From Pseudomonadota bacterium (GTDB taxonomy: Bacteria; Pseudomonadota; Alphaproteobacteria; Caulobacterales; Hyphomonadaceae), in the NCBI GenBank assembly GCA_039196965.1, contig JBCCUK010000014.1:13227-77226 (forward strand): DNA of 64,000 bases, given 5' to 3'. The notes below the pieces were generated by a model. It was not told where the DNA came from, did no database searches, and saw only the letters and a list, made by a program, of their open reading frames with translations. The position numbers and the translations under genes are program-made. Positions 9,787 to 18,980 of this stretch are shown piece by piece. Each line of letters begins with the position of its first letter. Position 1 is the first letter of the stretch.

Positions 9787-9895
9787 ATCAATGCTCCAGT
9801 ATGGACGCGAGCTGAGCGAAACGAATGTTCAACTAGCTGCTCCGATTCTTCCACACATTGCGCATCGGGTTCTTATGTCCCCTCCGCCGCCGAAA

Positions 9896-9921
9896 GCGGA
9901 CCATCAAGAACTCTGGTCCGC
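9896..9921 (-). terminator. hairpin downstream of the EVE gene
   Basis: GCGGACCA (9896-9903) pairs with TGGTCCGC (9914-9921). On the minus strand it is followed by TTTCGG, a weak U-tract. Confidence 0.35.
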
Positions 9922-9965
9922 CTCCAAGATATACGCTGTCGTCTGTCGCGTTAGCCTATGCGGCG

Positions 9966-10406
9966 CTACAGGATCGATTTGATTTTCTTCGGATCGAGTT
10001 CGGCCATGCGGCAGACCTCAAGCCATTCATTATCTTTCACGGGCTGAACGGAAAGCCGCATGGACGTGACGAGGGACATGTCAGCGAGTTTCGGATTGGC
10101 CTTGATCTCTTTCAGGCTGACGGGCCGAGGCACCGGGCACACAGCGCGCAGGTCAACACAGTCCCAGCGCTCGTCATCGGTTGTGGAATCCGGATGGCTT
10201 TCGGCGCAGACCTCAACGATACCGACGACCTCCAGACCCTTGTTCGAGTGATAGAAAAAGCCACGATCGCCAATCTTCATCTGGCGCATAAAATTGCGCG
10301 CCTGGTAATTTCGAACACCGTCCCATTCGGTGCCGGCCTTACCGGCTTCGACCTGCTGGTCCCAGGACCATTTGAAGGGTTCTGATTTGTAGAGCCAAAA
10401 TGCCAT
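9966..10406 (-). CDS. EVE (PUA-like) domain protein
   Basis: ORF trimmed to MAFWLYKSEPFKWSWDQQ...; typical stand-alone EVE protein of ~147 aa (GVRNYQARNFMRQMKIGD, FFYHSN). Confidence 0.8.
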   Translation of the reverse strand: MAFWLYKSEPFKWSWDQQVEAGKAGTEWDGVRNYQARNFMRQMKIGDRGFFYHSNKGLEVVGIVEVCAESHPDSTTDDERWDCVDLRAVCPVPRPVSLKEIKANPKLADMSLVTSMRLSVQPVKDNEWLEVCRMAELDPKKIKSIL

Positions 10407-10473
10407 GTCTCGATACCTGATGATATTGCGTTGGCGGGGATGTAGCGGCGCGGGGCCAGATGGTCCAGCCTCG

Positions 10474-11100
10474 TCAGGCCGGGACCGCAGCCCCCCAGCT
10501 AACAAATCCAGCAATTTTGGGGGTCGATGGAAGATACATGGCTTCCGTATCCGGAAGATCGAACCCGGAGGACTCAAATAGCTGGGAGATATCCCGGGTG
10601 AGATGGCACCCACCGGCAAGGGGCTTCCAGACAGGTTCAATCCGCCGCTGCCACTTGGCGACCCCTTCATCGGGCGCAAGACCATGTTCAGAGAACAAGA
10701 CCCTACCACCGGGCTTCAGCACGCGGCGCACTTCGGCGAGCGCGCTCTGCCAGTCCGGTATGGTGCACAGGACGAATGTGATGATCACCGTATCGACGGT
10801 GTCATTCTCCAGTGGAACATCTTCGGCCCCGCGTTCGAGAAACTGAATACGATCCTTTAGCGGAGATTTCTGCGCTGTTTTGTGGGCGCGTCGAATCATG
10901 CCCTTTGCCGGTTCCAGCGCATGCAGGCGCTCCACTTTGTCAGGATTGTAGAATCCGAAATTCGTGCCGGAGCCGCAGCCAAGCTCAAGAACCACACCCT
11001 CCGCGTGGGGGACCACTTTCTCACGTTGCCGGGTGACCGGCTTCGATGCGCATGCACAGGAGACGAGGGTTGGAACCGCGTATCTTTCCCACAGGCCCAT
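10474..11100 (-). CDS. class I SAM-dependent methyltransferase (Methyltransf_11-like)
   Basis: Motif I VLELGCGSGTN and post-I/II motifs (LKPGGRVLF). The ATG at 11100 shares one nucleotide with the upstream stop (TAATG). Confidence 0.75.
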   Translation of the reverse strand: MGLWERYAVPTLVSCACASKPVTRQREKVVPHAEGVVLELGCGSGTNFGFYNPDKVERLHALEPAKGMIRRAHKTAQKSPLKDRIQFLERGAEDVPLENDTVDTVIITFVLCTIPDWQSALAEVRRVLKPGGRVLFSEHGLAPDEGVAKWQRRIEPVWKPLAGGCHLTRDISQLFESSGFDLPDTEAMYLPSTPKIAGFVSWGAAVPA

Positions 11101-11783
11101 TAGCTGCACGCCCGCGTTTCAATCGCCGTGCCTTCAGGACTACCGGTAAGCTCTGCCGTCTCCACATTAGCGGGGCGGGCGATCAGCCCGGTCTGAGTCA
11201 TACAGACATGATAGGATAAACCATCAGCCATGGGATTGTAAGTGGCCGAGCCATAGCGGACATCCTCCACACCGAAGCGACCGCCCTGTTGCTTGGCCAG
11301 GGCAACCACATCGAGCCCTGGATTCTCTGAAATGCGATGGACGAAGCGCGAGGCCGGACCGACGCTCGCTTCGAAACCGGATTCCAGGCGGTCGAGCTTG
11401 TAGGCGCTATCAAACCCCAACACGTTCGAGAACGCCTTGAACTTCACGACCCGAGCCCGCAGCAGCCATTCATCACCCTCCAGCTCATACTCAGCGGTCT
11501 CACCACCCGGATAAAGAAGGCGGGCCCTGTACTGGTTCAAGGCGTTTGTATCGTCGAAGGAAATCGTGGCGACCGGGCGTTCGAATGTGAGACGTTTATA
11601 GGTCTGCAGGTTCAGCCCTGCGAGGGCGACAACGCCTCCAAGCCCCAGAAACCCCGCACTGAAAGCCAATCGGAAAAGCCCAGAAAAGGGCTGCAGTTTG
11701 AACATTCGGCCGATACCCGCAAAGCCGAGCATCAGGCCCACAACGCCCGATATCGCCGGTAAAATCCACCAGATCAAATCCAA
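11100..11783 (-). CDS. hypothetical membrane protein (2 N-terminal TM helices plus soluble domain)
   Basis: 227-aa ORF with coding-like composition, translationally coupled to the methyltransferase. No family recognised. Confidence 0.6.
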   Translation of the reverse strand: MDLIWWILPAISGVVGLMLGFAGIGRMFKLQPFSGLFRLAFSAGFLGLGGVVALAGLNLQTYKRLTFERPVATISFDDTNALNQYRARLLYPGGETAEYELEGDEWLLRARVVKFKAFSNVLGFDSAYKLDRLESGFEASVGPASRFVHRISENPGLDVVALAKQQGGRFGVEDVRYGSATYNPMADGLSYHVCMTQTGLIARPANVETAELTGSPEGTAIETRACS

Positions 11784-11966
11784 TGGTCCATCTCCCCAAA
11801 ACGCGGCGCTGTTCTCTCTTTCGCACCCGGTTATCCATTATAGCAGGTGATAGGTTGCATGAAAAAGTGGCAAGACTCAGCCCGTTGCGCCCATGCGGCG
11901 AAATATTAGTTGCTCGTCAACGCCAGGTGGTTATTTTAAATTCCGGGCAATTATGAGTGAAGTAGC

Positions 11967-13055
11967 ATGCAGGATCTCGCGGTAACACGTGCCGATCTCA
12001 GAGCAGCGATACCAGCGCACTGCTTTGAGCCGGATGCGCAAAGGTCGCTTTTGGCATTGGTCAAGGACTATGCATTGATTGCGGTGCTTTATGTCGGTTT
12101 GTTCCATTCACCCCATTGGAGCATTAGCGCGGGCCTGATTTTCCTGATCGGCACACTGCTATGGGCCACCTTTGTTGTCGGACACGAGGCTGGGCACGGA
12201 TCGTTCTCGAAAAGCTATAAGCTGAATACAGTCATTGGACTCATCACCCACTCGATTATTCTGGTTCCCTATCGCTCATGGCAAAGGAGTCACTTCCTTC
12301 ATCACAAACATACCGGACACCTGAAGAAGGAAGAGGTCTTCCGGGCGGTAAAACCTCACCAAGACGATATCCTACACAAAGCGATCTTCAGAACACCCCT
12401 GTTCCTGCTGTTCGGCTGGCCGCTTTATCTACTCGGGTTTCGTAATCAGAAAGAGATGCACCCGATCAAGTTCAGCCATTTCACCACATCAAGCGATCTC
12501 TTCTCCAAGCGGATTGCGCCCTCCTACATTGCCAGCCTTATCGGCGTGGCATTTTTCGCCGGGCTTTATCTCTGGGTTTGGGCGAGCTTCGGCTTCGCGA
12601 TCTTCTTCAAGTTCATATTGGCCCCCTATCTCTGCTTTGCTGCCTGGCTGACCTTCGTCACCTATATGCAGCACGTCTCACCGGAAGTGCCGGTCTATGA
12701 TGCAGAAGAGTGGACCGGCCTTAAAGGCGCACTGGCGACAGTTGACCGGAACTATTTCCCCTTCAACCAGCTGACCCATCGGATAGGCGACTGCCATGTG
12801 ATCCACCACATCTTCGCGAATATCCCGCATTACCACGCCAAAGAAGCAACGGAGGCCATCAAGCCTCTATTAGGAGAGCACTATCTCTATTCACGGCGCT
12901 CGGTCATCGCAGATTTCTATCGCACGCTCATACAGTGCCATTTCGTGGAACGCGAGGAGACCGGCGAATGGCGCTATCGGTCTGCCAATCCGGCCGCCCC
13001 GAATTATTCTGACACCGCCAAAGCCCGCGAGCGGAAACCAGTACCCGCAGAGTAG
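11967..13055 (+). CDS. membrane fatty-acid desaturase (delta-12/omega-6-like, three His boxes)
   Basis: His boxes HEAGHG, HFLHHKH and HVIHH with the spacing and hydrophobic segments typical of FAD2/DesA-type desaturases. Confidence 0.8.
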   Translation: MQDLAVTRADLRAAIPAHCFEPDAQRSLLALVKDYALIAVLYVGLFHSPHWSISAGLIFLIGTLLWATFVVGHEAGHGSFSKSYKLNTVIGLITHSIILVPYRSWQRSHFLHHKHTGHLKKEEVFRAVKPHQDDILHKAIFRTPLFLLFGWPLYLLGFRNQKEMHPIKFSHFTTSSDLFSKRIAPSYIASLIGVAFFAGLYLWVWASFGFAIFFKFILAPYLCFAAWLTFVTYMQHVSPEVPVYDAEEWTGLKGALATVDRNYFPFNQLTHRIGDCHVIHHIFANIPHYHAKEATEAIKPLLGEHYLYSRRSVIADFYRTLIQCHFVEREETGEWRYRSANPAAPNYSDTAKARERKPVPAE

Positions 13056-13073
13056 GCTTTACGCCTAAAACGC

Positions 13074-13490
13074 TCAGACAAACGGCAATTGCCGTTCATT
13101 CGGCTTGATCGGTACATCGTTGATGGATGTCGTTCGTGTTTGCATCCGTCCATCCTCGGCGAAGACCCAGTGCTCCAAACCGTGGGCGCGAAATGTGCCG
13201 CCGGAATCAGTTCGGTATTCATAGGTAAACTGCACGGCGATGCGGTTTTCACCGAACAGGAAAAGCTCTTTCTTCAGACGGTAGTCGAGCTCTGTTGCCC
13301 ATTTGCGCTGAAGGAAGCCACGGATGGCTTCGCGGCCTTCAAGAAACTCGACCCGGTTCCGCCAAACCGTGTCTTCAGTGTAGGCGAGCACAACCTTATC
13401 GGGATCACGGGTGTTCCAAAGGTCTTCGGCGGCCTGCACCTTTGCCCACGCGGCCTCTTCGGTGAATGGCGGCTTCAAACTCACACTCAT
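13074..13490 (-). CDS. NTF2-like protein (DUF1348-type)
   Basis: 138 aa; the N-terminal PPFTEEAAWAKVQAAEDLWNTRDP and the TYEYR pattern match my memory of DUF1348. Confidence 0.6.
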   Translation of the reverse strand: MSVSLKPPFTEEAAWAKVQAAEDLWNTRDPDKVVLAYTEDTVWRNRVEFLEGREAIRGFLQRKWATELDYRLKKELFLFGENRIAVQFTYEYRTDSGGTFRAHGLEHWVFAEDGRMQTRTTSINDVPIKPNERQLPFV

Positions 13491-13508
13491 TTTGGCGCTC
13501 CATACTGT

Positions 13509-14135
13509 TTAAGTGATGCCGAGTGCGTTCTCCGTTCTGCTGATCCAGCGGCTTACGGCTGGAAACTCGGCAAGGTCGAAGCCCCCTTCATGGGCAAGGC
13601 GCGTATAGGCAACAAGGCACAAATCCGCGATTGAAGCCCGGTCGCCGACAAGCCAATCGGTATGGGAAAGCTGCATCTCCATCAGACCCAACGCTTTGAG
13701 CCCCTTCATCATCAATGCTGGATCGATCTCATCATCGCCCTTTTTCAGATAGAGCTTCTGGAACCGGCGAACCGCAATGGCGGTTTCATGGGAGTACTGT
13801 TCCCAGAAGAGCCAACTGTCCATTTGCGCCCGCTGGAAGGTATCGGTGGGCAGCAGATCACTTTCGGTAACCGCTGCAAAATAGAGGCAGATGGCATTTG
13901 ACTGGGCAAGGGTGCGGCCATCGGGCCAGCGCGCCACCGGCACCTGGCCTACAGGATTGATTCTCAGGAAAGCCTCGCTCCGCGTGTCACCAGTGAGGAT
14001 ATCGATATCGACCCAATCATGGTCGAGCCCGCAATAGTCTGCGGCCCACTTTATCTTCAGACAGTTGCCGCTGATCCGGTCACCATAGAGGGTGAGCTTT
14101 GAGATTTCCTGATCCAGCACAGACCGCCCCTTCAT
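13509..14135 (-). CDS. glutathione S-transferase
   Basis: N-terminal thioredoxin-like GST domain (LYGDRISGNCLKIKW, INPVGQVPV, QSNAICLYFA) and a helical C-terminal domain. Confidence 0.8.
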   Translation of the reverse strand: MKGRSVLDQEISKLTLYGDRISGNCLKIKWAADYCGLDHDWVDIDILTGDTRSEAFLRINPVGQVPVARWPDGRTLAQSNAICLYFAAVTESDLLPTDTFQRAQMDSWLFWEQYSHETAIAVRRFQKLYLKKGDDEIDPALMMKGLKALGLMEMQLSHTDWLVGDRASIADLCLVAYTRLAHEGGFDLAEFPAVSRWISRTENALGIT

Positions 14136-14153
14136 CTCGTTTTCAGGTTTTGA

Positions 14154-15575
14154 TCAGGCTGCTTCGTCGGTCGCCTGATGAATGATGGCATCTATCGAAA
14201 GCCCTGCAACCTCACCGATGATGAGGAGCGCGGGCGATGAGACGCCATTGCGCGACACAAGCTGGGGCAGTTCGCTTAAGCGGCCGAAGAAGCGGCGTTC
14301 GTCTTCGCGGGTCCCGTTCTCGATCACAGCGACGGGGGTCGAAGGTGGGCGGCCAGCCTTGATAAGGTTCTCAGCGATAGTGGCTGCATTGGTCAGCCCC
14401 ATGAACACAACAAGGGTATGGTTTGCCGCTCCGAGTGACTGCCAGTCGAGCCCCGGCACCTCACCGGATTTCGAATGTCCGGTGACAAATGTCACCGCCT
14501 GGGCGTGGTCACGATGGGTGAGAGGCACACCGGCGGACGCCGCACATCCGAGGGCTGAGGAAATACCCGGCACAATATGGGCGTCGACACCTTCCGCCTG
14601 AAGCGCTTCCAGCTCTTCGCCGCCGCGCCCGAATATAAAGGGGTCGCCGCCCTTCAACCGGACCACGCGCTTACCTTCGCGGGCGCTCTCTACCATCAGG
14701 TCGTGAATCTTAGGCTGGGGCACTGAGTGGAAATTCTTCTGCTTACCAACGCAAACGCGGTCGGCATCGCGGCGAATAAGATCAATAATGTCTGCGCTGA
14801 CAAGGCGATCATAATAGACAATGTCGGCCTGCTGCAGGAGACGCAGAGCCTTCAACGTCAGAAGCTCGGGATCGCCTGGCCCGGCCCCAACGATATGCAC
14901 AACGCCGTCAGGCTTATCACCGGCCAGCATATCCTTGGCGGCCTGTAGAGCACCCTCCTCGTCGCCTTCGAGAAACCGCTCGGCCACCTGACCATTAAGC
15001 GCCGCTTCCCAGAACTGGCGGCGGGCATCGAACTCGTCGAAGGCCTCGTAAACCGCAGGCCGGAGTTCCCGTGCAAACCGGGTCAGCTCGCCGATCCGTT
15101 TCGGCATCAGGGCTTCAAGCTTGGCGCGGACGGACTTAGCAAGCACCGGGGCGGAACCGCCCGTTGCTACAGCAGCAACGATTTCACCCCGATCCAGAAT
15201 GCTCGGCACGATGAAATCACAAAGTTCGGGGTGATCAACGACGTTAATAGGCACACCAAACTGGCGCGCGAGCGTCACGGCTTCTTCAATACGGCTATCG
15301 ACCCGGCAGGCGATGATCGCGAATTTCGCCACATCGAGCACTGGCCCATACTGGTCAAACGGGGTGATGGTGATGCGGCCCGCAAACTCTTCGGCGAAGC
15401 CTTCATCGATCTCATCGCCCACCAGAACGGTAATTCTGGCGGGGGTTTTCACCAAAAGCCGCACCTTGCGACGGGCTTCCTCACCGCCACCAAAAACGGC
15501 AATGTCGGCATCATCCATATTGAAAAAGGTCGGGAACAAGCGCACTTCGGGCGGACTCCAGCTGAAAATCTGCAA
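14154..15575 (-). CDS. cysG: siroheme synthase (precorrin-2 dehydrogenase/ferrochelatase plus uroporphyrinogen-III C-methyltransferase)
   Basis: 473 aa; N-terminal GGGEEARRK Rossmann domain and C-terminal VGAGPGDPELLTLKA methylase motif. TTG start as in the ORF track. Confidence 0.85.
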   Translation of the reverse strand: MQIFSWSPPEVRLFPTFFNMDDADIAVFGGGEEARRKVRLLVKTPARITVLVGDEIDEGFAEEFAGRITITPFDQYGPVLDVAKFAIIACRVDSRIEEAVTLARQFGVPINVVDHPELCDFIVPSILDRGEIVAAVATGGSAPVLAKSVRAKLEALMPKRIGELTRFARELRPAVYEAFDEFDARRQFWEAALNGQVAERFLEGDEEGALQAAKDMLAGDKPDGVVHIVGAGPGDPELLTLKALRLLQQADIVYYDRLVSADIIDLIRRDADRVCVGKQKNFHSVPQPKIHDLMVESAREGKRVVRLKGGDPFIFGRGGEELEALQAEGVDAHIVPGISSALGCAASAGVPLTHRDHAQAVTFVTGHSKSGEVPGLDWQSLGAANHTLVVFMGLTNAATIAENLIKAGRPPSTPVAVIENGTREDERRFFGRLSELPQLVSRNGVSSPALLIIGEVAGLSIDAIIHQATDEAA

Positions 15576-15596
15576 TTGCCTGACTTAAATTGATCG

Positions 15597-15642
15597 TTGA
15601 CGTCAATGCCTCAAGGCGTGATGTCTAAGTCTATCGTTTAGA
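15597..15642. promoter_or_regulatory. palindromes in the cysG/LysR divergent promoter region (candidate LTTR box)
   Basis: Perfect 10-bp palindrome TTGACGTCAA (15597-15606), and TCTAA-N9-TTAGA (15624-15642), which fits the LysR T-N11-A dyad style. Confidence 0.4.
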
Positions 15643-15656
15643 GAAACTATAGAGCC

Positions 15657-16589
15657 ATGACTGAGCCGACCGATCGCCTGCCACCCCTGAATGCCCTCCG
15701 TGCCTTCGAAGCGGCGGCAAGACGGCTGTCGTTTACCAAGGCGGCCGAGGAATTGAACGTGACCCCCGGCGCGATTAGCCAGCAGATACGCCAGTTGGAA
15801 GATTATGCCGGTGCGCCCCTGTTCAAGCGGACAGGACGATCCGTACTACTGACCGACAGCGCCCAGGCCACCCTGCCCCTTGTTCGCGAAGCATTCGACC
15901 AGATCGCGGAAGCCGGACGGGTCATGCAGGCTCCAGCGCGGCGCGGCCGGGTGATGGTCTCGTCGGCACCCTCATTCGCCGCAAAGTGGCTGGCCCCGCG
16001 CCTGGAGAACTTTCATAGAAGCCATGAGGGCATCGAAGCCTGGGTGTCAGCCGATATGGGCCTAACCGATTTCAACACGGCTGACGCCGACATCGCGATC
16101 CGCTATGGCCGGGGGCAATATGATGGCTTGAAAAGCGAGTTATTGCTTGATGAGACCGTGCTACCGGTGTGCTCACCGGCGCTGCTCGAGGGCGAGCACG
16201 GTATTCGCAAGCCGGGCGATCTTGCCCACCATACGCTTCTTCATGATGAGAGCGCGGAGAACGATCCTTCCTGCCCGGACTGGCCGAGTTGGTTGGCCGC
16301 GCGCAATGTGCTGGGGGTCCAGTCCCGCCGCGGCCCGCGATTTAACCAGGCTGTGCTGGTCATTGAAGCGGCGATTTCCGGACAAGGCGTCGCTCTCGCA
16401 AAACGGGCCGTGGCGGCGGCCGATCTTGCCGCTGGCAGGCTCGTCGCGCCATTTGCCGACGGGTCAACCTCTATCGATTTTGGATACTGGCTCGTCTGGC
16501 CAAAGGGCCGCCACCTGACGACCGATGTGCGCGCTTTCATCAAATGGGTGAAAGCCGAGGCGGCAACGAGCGAAGTGGTAGGTGTTTAA
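15657..16589 (+). CDS. LysR-family transcriptional regulator (GcvA-like)
   Basis: N-terminal HTH LNALRAFEAAARRLSFTKAAEELNVTPGAISQQIRQLE plus a LysR substrate-binding domain. Divergent from cysG. Confidence 0.85.
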   Translation: MTEPTDRLPPLNALRAFEAAARRLSFTKAAEELNVTPGAISQQIRQLEDYAGAPLFKRTGRSVLLTDSAQATLPLVREAFDQIAEAGRVMQAPARRGRVMVSSAPSFAAKWLAPRLENFHRSHEGIEAWVSADMGLTDFNTADADIAIRYGRGQYDGLKSELLLDETVLPVCSPALLEGEHGIRKPGDLAHHTLLHDESAENDPSCPDWPSWLAARNVLGVQSRRGPRFNQAVLVIEAAISGQGVALAKRAVAAADLAAGRLVAPFADGSTSIDFGYWLVWPKGRHLTTDVRAFIKWVKAEAATSEVVGV

Positions 16590-16840
16590 TCCGGCTAACA
16601 GACTACCCCGAAGGAGGGGGCATTTGAAATGTGCTGAATTCGATCTGATGATCTCAGCTGCGGTAAGTCAGATCATTCTGATTTCGCGTGGGCACCGTGT
16701 TCAATCGCCCCAACTGGCCTCAACAATCAGCTTTCTTGTGCAAGCTAAGGCCATAATTGGCCTCGCAATCGCCTCTAAGTTTCACGCAAATTCGCCCGAT
16801 TTTGAGCGCTCCATACTTTGAAAGCATGGAGAAAAGTGAA

Positions 16841-17398
16841 ATGAGCACGCGCCGTTCGAACTATATCGCATTGTTGACAGCCGCCCTGTTTCTCGTGAGC
16901 GGCCTTGTGGCGGCGCAAAGTCAGGAAGCGAGCCGGTCCGAACCGATCCAGATGACAGAAAACACGATCCGGTTTCCGGGGTTCATTGCCTTTTCCGAAC
17001 GGACCATGGCCTACCGGGCCGACCGCCTCATCAATCTGGATGTTTTCAACCAGATGGCATCGGAGCGGAGCACGATCATTCTCGATACGAGGAGCGTCGC
17101 GGCGTTCAATGAGGGCCATCTTGAGGGTGCCGTGAACCTCACCTTTGCCGATTTCACCGAAGACAAGCTCGCCGAGGTGATCCCGGACCGCACCACGCGG
17201 ATCCTGATCTATTGCAACAATAACTTCGTTGACGATGTTGAGCCCGTGCCAGCGAAATCACCGCAGCTCGCCTTGAACATCCCGACCTTCGTGAACCTGT
17301 TCGGGTACGGCTATATGAACGTGTACGAACTTGGCGAACTGGTAAGCCTCGACGATGAACGGCTGAGCTGGACCCAAGGCCCCGAAGCGATTTCGTGA
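16841..17398 (+). CDS. exported rhodanese-like domain protein
   Basis: Trimmed to MSTRRSNYIALLTAALFLVSGLVAAQS (GGAGA 8 nt upstream). Rhodanese pattern ILDTRS..FNEGHLEGAVN and active-site loop YCNNNF. Confidence 0.65.
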   Translation: MSTRRSNYIALLTAALFLVSGLVAAQSQEASRSEPIQMTENTIRFPGFIAFSERTMAYRADRLINLDVFNQMASERSTIILDTRSVAAFNEGHLEGAVNLTFADFTEDKLAEVIPDRTTRILIYCNNNFVDDVEPVPAKSPQLALNIPTFVNLFGYGYMNVYELGELVSLDDERLSWTQGPEAIS

Positions 17399-17624
17399 CG
17401 GGGTGAGTGCGGGGAATGCAGAGATAAGGCGATAAGAAAGCCTATATCGGCGTCGCAATCACGCGCCGCATCACCGACGCCCGCATATTCAATCACATAA
17501 GCAAAAACCGCCCAAAGACGGCTTTCCAGAGAATCACTTTTGGCATCCGTATGGACCCTTATTGATGGCCTGGTCCGATGCGTTGATGGTCCCAGTTCGG
17601 TTTATCAGATTGGAGACTTCGTCG

Positions 17625-18017
17625 ATGCCCGACAATCACGGAAAAGTCGTTTGGTCGGAACTCAATACGCGCGATCCGGTGGCTGCAGCCGCCTTTTTCG
17701 AGACTGTTTTAGGGGTATCGAGCGTAGAGACCCATACTCAGAATGGCAGCATCTACAGAACCCTGAAAAAGGGTGACGAGATGGTCGCCGGCATTCTCGA
17801 CATTTCCGGGCCGGAATTTGCGGGCGCACCGGCGAGCTGGTTGACTTATCTCGGATGCGATGACGTCGATGCGGCATGCGAAGCGGTGAAATCTGCCGGC
17901 GGTATGGTAATGAGCGCGCCGTTCGACATTCCGTTCGTCGGCCGCGTCGCTGTCATCAAGGACCCAACAGACCCTGTTGTGGCTTTAATGACGCCAGCTG
18001 CCGGTGGCCAATCTTGA
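17625..18017 (+). CDS. VOC/glyoxalase-family protein
   Basis: Trimmed to MPDNHGKVVWSELNT (GGAG upstream). Typical 130-aa VOC fold pattern (W.EL...D...A..FY, GRVAVIKDPTD). Confidence 0.7.
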   Translation: MPDNHGKVVWSELNTRDPVAAAAFFETVLGVSSVETHTQNGSIYRTLKKGDEMVAGILDISGPEFAGAPASWLTYLGCDDVDAACEAVKSAGGMVMSAPFDIPFVGRVAVIKDPTDPVVALMTPAAGGQS

Positions 18018-18164
18018 GTACGGATATGTTTGGACTGATCACCACCGAGGAGCCTTCGACCCCGGAATCCCATAATCTGAAAACACTGTCCGCCATCTTG
18101 TCATAGCGTGGATTTGCGGACATGAGCAGTTGCAAGTGAATCGCAATTGAGCAAGGCTATTGCC

Positions 18165-18980
18165 ATGACAACATCGACAAGCGCCGCGCCGGCGAAGAAA
18201 GTGAACCCGAACGCACCGACCCCGCAGAAGGTCGTTTCGGTCCACCACTATACCGACCGGCTCTTCAAGTTCCGCCTGGAGCGGCCACCGGCGTTTCGGT
18301 TCCGCTCGGGCGAGTTCGTTATGATCGGCCTATTGAAAGACGATGGGCGGCCGCTCCTAAGGGCCTATTCCATCGCCTCTCCCGCCTGGGATGAGGAAGT
18401 GGAGTTCTACTCGATCAAGGTTCAAGACGGACCGTTGACCTCACGGCTGCAGAATATCAAGCCGGGCGACGAAGTGCTGCTCGGCAAGAAGCCGACGGGC
18501 ACGCTGGTGCTGGATGCGCTGGTGGGTGGTGAGCGGCTCTACCTGTTTTCGACCGGCACAGGCTTTGCCCCCTTTGCCAGCCTGATCCGCGAACCGGAAA
18601 CTTATCAGCGGTTCAAGCAGGTGATCGTGACTCATACCTGCCGCGATGTGGCGGAACTAGATTATGGCTTCGAGACAGTGGAAGCGGCTAAGAATGATCC
18701 GCTGGTGGGCGAGCAGGCATCGAAACAGCTTGTGCACTTCACATCCTGTACCAGAGAAGACCATCCACAGATGGGACGGATCACAACGCTTATAGATACA
18801 GGAGAGCTGTTTCAAAAGCTGGGTGTTCCGCCCCTTAATCCCGAAACCGACCGGGCGATGATTTGCGGTTCGCAGGAAATGCTGAACGACACAAAGCAGC
18901 GCATGCTGGATGCGGGTCTGGTCGAAGGCTCGAATGCGGCACCGGCCCAGTTCGTGATCGAAAAGGCATTTGCCGGGTAA
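18165..18980 (+). CDS. fpr: ferredoxin-NADP+ reductase
   Basis: Bacterial FNR motifs RAYSIASP, GPLTS, LFSTGTGFAPF and a C-terminal ...EKAF tail. The ATG at 18165 is preferred over the TTG at 18147. Confidence 0.85.
   Translation: MTTSTSAAPAKKVNPNAPTPQKVVSVHHYTDRLFKFRLERPPAFRFRSGEFVMIGLLKDDGRPLLRAYSIASPAWDEEVEFYSIKVQDGPLTSRLQNIKPGDEVLLGKKPTGTLVLDALVGGERLYLFSTGTGFAPFASLIREPETYQRFKQVIVTHTCRDVAELDYGFETVEAAKNDPLVGEQASKQLVHFTSCTREDHPQMGRITTLIDTGELFQKLGVPPLNPETDRAMICGSQEMLNDTKQRMLDAGLVEGSNAAPAQFVIEKAFAG

Noticed and set aside
11831-11839. DnaA-box-like TTATCCATT upstream of the desaturase gene.
   Set aside because: It has two mismatches in the critical 3' CACA, it is isolated, and it has no supporting context.
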